From positions 13,808-77,807 of the forward strand of contig CAZWJT010000007.1 of NCBI GenBank assembly GCA_964634935.1: DNA of 64,000 bases. Direction: 5' to 3'. This stretch comes from an uncultured Planctomycetia bacterium. GTDB lineage: Bacteria > Omnitrophota > Gorgyraeia > Duberdicusellales > Duberdicusellaceae. Below, in pieces: positions 57,984 to 64,000 of this stretch (its first letter is position 1; the number at the start of each line of letters is the position of its first letter). Both the position numbers and the translations under genes were made by a program. Below the pieces are notes generated by a model. It saw only the letters and a list, made by a program, of their open reading frames with translations. It did not search any database and was not told where the DNA came from.

Positions 57984-59378
57984 ATGGCAAAGATTCTTTT
58001 TGTTAATCCGCCTTTACGAAAAAGCGCGTATCTGGTTACGAATACTTCTGTGGCAGCTCCAAGCTACCCAAGCCTTACCCTTGCGAATCTTGCAGGGCAA
58101 ATTAGGAAAAATCACCAGGTACAAATTCTCGATTTGGAGCTTGTTTCTCATGCGGAGGAAGCGCTTTGGGAGACGATAGATACTGTTCGGCCTGACTTTG
58201 TGGCATCTTCCGCAAACACCCCTTCGTATCTTTTTATCGCAAATTCCATGAAGCAGATCAAAGAACGCTATCCTTGGATTACTACTATTGTTGGAGGAGT
58301 TCATATAACTGCTTTGCCAGGGGAAGCAGCGCAGAACCCGTATTTTGACATCATTGTACTTGGCGAAGGGGATAAGACAATCGAAGAAATTTTAGAAAAG
58401 CCGCTTTCTAGTGTTGCCGGGGTTATGTATTTCGATTCACAGAAAAAGCGAGTTTCCGGTAAAAAACGGGAATACTTAAAAGATTTAGATGCTTTAGCGT
58501 ATCCGGCTTGGAATCTTTTTTCGCTTAAACAGTATAAAAATTCCCGTGTTTCCTGCAGGAAGAATCCCGCGGGTCTCATCGAAACTAGCAGGGGATGTGC
58601 GTTTCAGTGTAATTTTTGCAACAAGCTTACTTTTGGAACTTTATTTCGGGTCAAAAGTCCTCGGCGCGTTGTTGATGAAATTGAATATATGCTTCAATGT
58701 GGTTTTAAGGAAATTCATATTACCGACGATAGTTTTACTCAGGACATTGGACGGGCAAAAGAAGTGTGCGCAGAGATTTTACGGAGGAATCTTAAGTTTC
58801 CCTGGTCGATATTAAATGGGGTACGCGCAGACAAAGTTGACCAGGAATTTTTTATGCTCGCAAAACGTTCAGGATGTTGGCAAACAGGATTTGGCATTGA
58901 AAGTGGAGATGACGCAGTGCTCCAGAGAATTAGTAAGCAGATTACTACAGAGCAGATTCAAAAGTCAATTAGAATGGCAAAAAATGCGGGTATTGAAACT
59001 TTTGGGTTTTTTATCTTTGGGCTGAGCGGGGAGTCCATACAATCGATGCAAAAAACAATAGATTTTGCTTGTGAGCTTCCTCTCGATATCGCAAAGTTTG
59101 ATATTTGTATTCCTTATCCGGGTACTCCGTATTACAATGAGCTAAAAAGTCAGAATCGACTTGCTTCAGAGGATTGGTCAAAGTATGTTTGTCATCAGAT
59201 CGACGAGCCTTTGTTCCAGCACGAAAATATTTCCTGGCAGAATCTCCAGCAATATTATCGACAGGCGTTTCGAATATTCTATCTTCGTCCCCGGTATATT
59301 ATCCAGCGTTTCTTGCGCGACTTATGCAAGGGAGATTTTTTGTACGATTTAAGCTATTTTCTCCGGGCAAAATGGTAA
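57984..59378 (+). CDS. B12-binding-domain radical SAM protein
   Basis: N-terminal B12-binding-like domain (…ILFVNPP…), CAFQCNFC radical SAM motif; same architecture as 33104..34528. Confidence 0.8.
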   Translation: MAKILFVNPPLRKSAYLVTNTSVAAPSYPSLTLANLAGQIRKNHQVQILDLELVSHAEEALWETIDTVRPDFVASSANTPSYLFIANSMKQIKERYPWITTIVGGVHITALPGEAAQNPYFDIIVLGEGDKTIEEILEKPLSSVAGVMYFDSQKKRVSGKKREYLKDLDALAYPAWNLFSLKQYKNSRVSCRKNPAGLIETSRGCAFQCNFCNKLTFGTLFRVKSPRRVVDEIEYMLQCGFKEIHITDDSFTQDIGRAKEVCAEILRRNLKFPWSILNGVRADKVDQEFFMLAKRSGCWQTGFGIESGDDAVLQRISKQITTEQIQKSIRMAKNAGIETFGFFIFGLSGESIQSMQKTIDFACELPLDIAKFDICIPYPGTPYYNELKSQNRLASEDWSKYVCHQIDEPLFQHENISWQNLQQYYRQAFRIFYLRPRYIIQRFLRDLCKGDFLYDLSYFLRAKW

Positions 59379-59800
59379 AATTGAACGGTATCGCAAATCG
59401 AGAATTTCTGAGCAACGTCCTTTTTCCCTGCAAAAAGGTGATTTTGCATTTTCTGTAAGTTGCCCTTGAAGTGTTTGTGCCCACTCCCAGATGTTGTATC
59501 AACGATATTATAAGACGAAAGCTTCATGCGATTTTGTTCTGGGCTCGAGAATATCGTTCATTTTTTTCCCGTTGAAAATGTCTAGTCTGCCTGCAGGGTA
59601 AAACTATTTTAGATAAAAATCAGAAAAATCTGATATTTCGCGATAGTTTTTCTTAAAATAATAAACGCCGAACTACCCTTGACAATACTCTGGATTTATG
59701 CTACGCTTTAAATGTGGATACGCTCTTTGATAGGTTTTTCTTTATAATCATTTAAGCTTATCGAAAAAGAGCAAACATATCCGGAAAGGAGGGATAGAAG

Positions 59801-60211
59801 ATGAAAAGAAAATCAGGTTTTACTCTTGTAGAAATCATGATCGTTGTTGCTATCATCGCGCTCCTTGCATCAATTGCTATACCCAACTTAATGAAGGCAC
59901 GGCAAAGCGCAAATGATTCTGCGGCAAAAGCAGAATTACAGACTCTTCAGACAGCGCTTGAGAACTACGCGGTTGACATGAACGGAAACTATGCTGCTGC
60001 TGACAACACAAATAGTCTTGCGCACTTAGTTACTGCCGGTTATCTGCGAGTTGATACATGTGCTGCTGGTGTTCCTGCTAACGCAATTAAGTCAGGACAT
60101 AGGTTTACCTGCGATGTTGATATTACCGGGTATACCATCACAGCTGTGAAAGAAGGAAACTCTGGAACTAAGAATTTTGTTATGACGCAGCTCGGTATCA
60201 ATGAGTATTAG
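59801..60211 (+). CDS. Type IV pilin / pseudopilin (prepilin-type N-terminal cleavage/methylation domain)
   Basis: MKRKSGFTLVEIMIVVAIIALLASIAIP: class III signal peptide (G|FTLVE) plus hydrophobic helix; strong SD GGAAAGGAGGGA. Confidence 0.8.
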   Translation: MKRKSGFTLVEIMIVVAIIALLASIAIPNLMKARQSANDSAAKAELQTLQTALENYAVDMNGNYAAADNTNSLAHLVTAGYLRVDTCAAGVPANAIKSGHRFTCDVDITGYTITAVKEGNSGTKNFVMTQLGINEY

Positions 60212-60240
60212 TCCAGGACTTTTCATGGTTTGAATACCAC

Positions 60241-60278
60241 AAAGGGCGAAAGATACAATCTTTCGCCCTTTGTATTTT
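60241..60278 (+). terminator. Rho-independent terminator after the pilin gene
   Basis: AAAGGGCGAAAG-ATACAAT-CTTTCGCCCTTT hairpin followed by a T-rich tract. Confidence 0.75.
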
Positions 60279-60317
60279 ACCTGGGCTAATCTATTTCTTT
60301 GAATAAAACAGTTAGTA

Positions 60318-62891
60318 ATGTTGAAACGAGTAAGTTTCGTTCTTTTTTTTATAAGCTTTTTTGTGAATATATATTTTCGGCTTACCCCTGTCTACTTTCC
60401 TGCCATGAAAGAATGGGCTGAAACGCTCGCCAAGAAAGAATTGCAAGCTCATGCAGAAAAGTTCCTTACGGACCGCTCACGCAGTTCTTTAGTAAAAAAT
60501 ATACTCCAGAAAGAATCTATCTTATTCGAGAGTGAAGTTCAAAAAAAGAAATTGCATTCCCGGATAGAACAGATTTATCGTAAGTTGAAAGATCCTTATC
60601 AGGATCTATCGGGGCAAACATATCTTTTGGAGCTTGATGGTTACCATTGGAAGCGTTATGTGAAAAATATTCTTCAGCATGGAAGTCCAGGTGATATAAC
60701 GGAAGATAAACAAGAATACGATATATATACACTTGCTCCTGTTGGCGTTCCTGTCTTTGAACAAAAAGGCTATTTTTATTTATCAGCTTTTTTTATCAAG
60801 GTAATTCAGTATTTTTTCCCTGCCGTGAAGTTTGATACAGCCATTTTTTATCTTCCGCTTGTATATTTTTTTATCTTTTTCTGCGTTTTGTACGGATTCA
60901 TCCGATATGTATTCTCCAATGTCGCAGCATTCTTTTCAACGCTCTTTATTGGATTAAGCGGTGCTTGGATTCAGCGTAGTTCTGCCGGATGGTTCGATTA
61001 TGATAGCCTGATTGTTACATTGCCTTTGTTGGCCTCTTGGCTTATTATTACGGCGTTATACGAGAAAACATCTTTTTTAAAAAGATTTTTCTTCAGTATT
61101 TTAAGTGCCATAGTCGTTTTTTTCTATGCATTTACCTGGGCAGGTTACGGTTGGTGGTGGTTATTGTTGGCATCATTCTTTATTTTTTCTTTGATCAACA
61201 GCTATCTCATTTCTCATTCTTTAAAAACAGATTCTCTGAAGTATCTTTTGGTTGGGAGTATCTGTATTTTGACAAGCATTCTTCTTGTTATCTTTTTTCT
61301 GCATCGTAATTTAATTCTGAATATTTTCCAGCTTGCCGGCCTTTTTACTTCTTCTACAATTTATGGTTCTATCTGGCCAAATGTCTATTATACAGTGCGG
61401 GAATTACTTCCATTTTCTATATCAGAAATCTTAGGACATCTTCATGGGGGGGTTATTGCATCTTTTTCTTTATGCGGTTTTCTTTATATTTTTCTGAAAG
61501 AACGGAGATCGGAGAAAAAAGACTTCCTTTTGCTGACTTTTCTGTGGCTTGTTGGCATGTTTTACGCTTCTTTAAAGTCACAGCGTTTTGTTCTGTTTCT
61601 TATTGTGCCATTTGGAATAAGTTTTGGAATTTTTACAGTTGAAATAGGACGGTATTTGTTCCGCGATTTTCTCAAAAAACATGCAATGATCACGAGTAAC
61701 TTTTTCCGGATTCGTCGGGTAAATTTTGTGCTTGGTAAAAACATCTCTCTGTATTTTGGGCGTATTCTTTTTGTTGGTTTCATGATGTTTTCATTTGTCA
61801 GATTTGGTTTATCAGCAAGAACCACAGCCGATACCTTAATTCCGATCATGAATGATTCTTGGCAGAGTGCTCTGGCATATCTGAAACAGGAAACACCGAA
61901 AGAGGCCATTATTAATACAATGTGGGACTACGGTGTTTTTATCGAGACTGAATCTCAAAGGAGGGTGTTATACGATGGGATCTCTCAGGATGGGTTTATT
62001 GGATATTGGATTACTCGTGTTTTGTTGAGTACTTCCGAGAAAGAATCTCTTCGTATTTTACGCATGCTTAACAATTCTTCATGTCTTTTACGGAATGAGC
62101 TATGGGAAGAACTTCATGATTCTTTTGAAGCGGGAATGCTTTTGCAGCTGCTTATAAGCAGTGAGTTCTCGCAGACAGAGAAGATTTTTGATATGTATAC
62201 TATTTCGCCGAACTTACGTAAGCGAATTCTCGATGTTCTATATATACGGCGACCAGACCCGGCTTATCTTTTTATCGATAAGGGTCTATTTCGAAAGATG
62301 AAATCCATATCGTTCTTACGGAATTGGAATTTCGCAAAATTGTATATTTCTCAAAATAAAGACCGGCTTTCACAGAATCGCCTTATTCAAAGAGTAGTTG
62401 AAAAGTTCGGGATTTCTGTTGAGCAGGCAGAAGGATTTTATGCTGATGTGCTTCTTGCTTCTGTTTCCAAAGATTTTAATGAAGTATTATCCGAACGTTG
62501 GGAAATGAGTCAGGTTCCTTCTTTTGGATTGCAGCAAGGCGAAGTTGTTTTGTTTAATAATAATATTGTATTTGATTTGAAAGATAAAAAAGGGTATGTA
62601 TTTTCTCTGGAACAACAAAAATATAACCAACTTAGATTTATAACCATCTTTGACGCGCTAGCAGGAACCTCGGCATATTATGAAAATAAAGATGCCAACT
62701 TAGAGTCCGGCGGCATTGTTATCCATTCTCCGGATGGTTGGAAATCACTGTTAGTTTCTCATCAAGAGCTTGCCAGCGCTTTGTTCGCAAAGTTATATTT
62801 TCTGAATGGAAAAGAGCTGGAATATTTTAAGCCAGTTTATTCTGATCCTGAGGGAGGAATTTTTATCTTCAAAATTATTTGGCCAGAATGA
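60318..62891 (+). CDS. STT3/AglB/PglB-family oligosaccharyltransferase-like membrane protein
   Basis: 857 aa. TM1 followed by a long first loop; about 13 TM region; MWDYG (compare WWDYG) about 25 aa after the last TM; SISE (compare SVSE/TIXE) in a late loop; C-terminal soluble domain. Confidence 0.55.
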   Translation: MLKRVSFVLFFISFFVNIYFRLTPVYFPAMKEWAETLAKKELQAHAEKFLTDRSRSSLVKNILQKESILFESEVQKKKLHSRIEQIYRKLKDPYQDLSGQTYLLELDGYHWKRYVKNILQHGSPGDITEDKQEYDIYTLAPVGVPVFEQKGYFYLSAFFIKVIQYFFPAVKFDTAIFYLPLVYFFIFFCVLYGFIRYVFSNVAAFFSTLFIGLSGAWIQRSSAGWFDYDSLIVTLPLLASWLIITALYEKTSFLKRFFFSILSAIVVFFYAFTWAGYGWWWLLLASFFIFSLINSYLISHSLKTDSLKYLLVGSICILTSILLVIFFLHRNLILNIFQLAGLFTSSTIYGSIWPNVYYTVRELLPFSISEILGHLHGGVIASFSLCGFLYIFLKERRSEKKDFLLLTFLWLVGMFYASLKSQRFVLFLIVPFGISFGIFTVEIGRYLFRDFLKKHAMITSNFFRIRRVNFVLGKNISLYFGRILFVGFMMFSFVRFGLSARTTADTLIPIMNDSWQSALAYLKQETPKEAIINTMWDYGVFIETESQRRVLYDGISQDGFIGYWITRVLLSTSEKESLRILRMLNNSSCLLRNELWEELHDSFEAGMLLQLLISSEFSQTEKIFDMYTISPNLRKRILDVLYIRRPDPAYLFIDKGLFRKMKSISFLRNWNFAKLYISQNKDRLSQNRLIQRVVEKFGISVEQAEGFYADVLLASVSKDFNEVLSERWEMSQVPSFGLQQGEVVLFNNNIVFDLKDKKGYVFSLEQQKYNQLRFITIFDALAGTSAYYENKDANLESGGIVIHSPDGWKSLLVSHQELASALFAKLYFLNGKELEYFKPVYSDPEGGIFIFKIIWPE

Positions 62892-64000
62892 GCGGAAATT
62901 TTGTTTCGGTGCTTATCCCTTGTTTGAATGAAGAAAGAACCATCGGGACTTGTGTTCGAAAAGTCCTGAATGTTTTTCGCGAAAAAAATATCCCGGGAGA
63001 AGTTATTGTGATTGATAACGGTTCTTGGGACAACTCTGCTCAGATTGCCCGCCAGGAGGGTGCCTTGATTGAGTTGCAGCCAGTGAAAGGGTACGGAGCT
63101 GCTTACTTAAAAGGCATTGAGGTAGCAAGGGGTGATATCATTATCATGGGGGATGGGGATGATACATACGATTTTAGCGAGCTCCATTCTTTGATTATTA
63201 AAATTAAGGAAGGGTATGACTGTGTGATTGGCTCTCGGTTTAAAGGAAAAATTCTTCCGGGAGCGATGCCTTTTGCTAACCGGTATCTTGGTAATCCTAT
63301 TCTGACCGGTATCCTGAATCTTTTCTATGATGCCTCAATTTCCGACGCGCACTCTGGTTTTCGGGCGATTACCAAACAAGCCGTAGAAAAGCTTGATCTT
63401 AAAACAATAGGAATGGAATTTGCTTCAGAAATGATTATCGCGGCATTTAGAGAAAAGCTGAAGATATCCGAGATTCCGATTGTTTACTATCCCCGGCAGG
63501 GTGAATCAAAGCTGAAACCATTTTCTGACGCTTGGCGCCATTTGCGATTCATGCTTTTATTTAGTCCAGATTGGCTGTTTTTTATTCCTGGAATAATTTT
63601 ATTTTTTGGCGGTTTCATATTAGCGCTTGCAACTGGGTTTGGAGTATTACGGTTATTTGGTTATGCATTCGATGTCCATTCAATGGTTTTTTTTACATTT
63701 GTTGCTTTAGTGGGGTTCCAGATTCTGAGTATCGGATTTTTTGCAAAAACCTACAGCTATAAAGAAGGTTTTTTGAGGCATGATCGATTCATTGAGTTGT
63801 TTTTCCGGTGTTTTAACCTCGAAAAAGGAATTTTGAGCGGATTAGTCCTTTGCTTGATCGGCATTTTTGGGGGTTTTTCTATTGTAGTAAAGTGGGTTCA
63901 TTCGAATTTTGGCCAGCTTTCAGAGATGAGATTTACGCTTATCTGGTTCTTATTCTTGATGGTTGGAGCTCAAACGATCTTTTCTTCTTTTTTTCTCAGT
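62888..64000 (+). CDS. GT2 polyprenyl-phosphate glycosyltransferase (Dpm1/ArnC/AglD-like), 3'-truncated by window end
   Basis: VSVLIPCLNEE…VIDNGSWDNS…GDGDDTYD (DxD); C-terminal TM helices begin before the window end. ATGA overlap with the OST gene. Confidence 0.7.
   Translation, partial: MSGNFVSVLIPCLNEERTIGTCVRKVLNVFREKNIPGEVIVIDNGSWDNSAQIARQEGALIELQPVKGYGAAYLKGIEVARGDIIIMGDGDDTYDFSELHSLIIKIKEGYDCVIGSRFKGKILPGAMPFANRYLGNPILTGILNLFYDASISDAHSGFRAITKQAVEKLDLKTIGMEFASEMIIAAFREKLKISEIPIVYYPRQGESKLKPFSDAWRHLRFMLLFSPDWLFFIPGIILFFGGFILALATGFGVLRLFGYAFDVHSMVFFTFVALVGFQILSIGFFAKTYSYKEGFLRHDRFIELFFRCFNLEKGILSGLVLCLIGIFGGFSIVVKWVHSNFGQLSEMRFTLIWFLFLMVGAQTIFSSFFLS

Overview
This 64-kb window is a bacterial chromosomal segment, moderately AT-rich and densely coding, probably from an uncultivated Gram-negative-type lineage. 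The recognisable housekeeping genes are leuS, uvrB, groES/groEL (with an upstream CIRCE-like element), alr, nfo, thiL, tsaE/tsaB, mtnA, birA, coaX and comEA/comEC. There are three tRNAs (Ala on the minus strand, then Leu and Glu on the plus strand) and several rho-independent terminators.

Two accessory regions dominate the window:
- Surface-glycan / protein-glycosylation island (about 26.2-42.1 kb): a Wzz-like chain-length determinant, a BY-type tyrosine kinase, an O-antigen-ligase-like polymerase, four GT-C fold membrane glycosyltransferases (PMT/ArnT/GT87-like), a GT9, a GT2, a B12-binding radical SAM and a tandem pair of radical SAM/SPASM enzymes.
- Secreted-protein cassette (42.2-52.0 kb), immediately downstream. 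Three tandem paralogous cassettes each encode three unrelated-looking secreted proteins: a ~500-aa Cys-rich type, a ~300-aa Gly-rich-C-terminus type, and a ~200-aa type. All nine proteins share a conserved motif just after the signal peptide, roughly (hydrophobic)-x-(hydrophobic)-(T/S/D)-(T/S/P)-(Y/F)-(Y/F)-P-(S/T/A/I)-P. The second Cys-rich gene (B1) contains an in-frame 171-bp tandem repeat. I recognise no described family here; this is the best candidate for an undescribed system (a surface fibre, adhesin or glycoprotein module).

At the 3' end a type IV pilin-like gene is followed by an ~857-aa STT3/AglB/PglB-like oligosaccharyltransferase (MWDYG and SISE motifs) and a polyprenyl-phosphate-type GT2, suggesting an N-glycosylation module. 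A CsgG-family secretion lipoprotein operon lies at 9.2-11.7 kb, and a strongly basic 25-aa small ORF at 6.05-6.13 kb is also noted.

All functional calls are from motif recognition by eye. No database searches were run.
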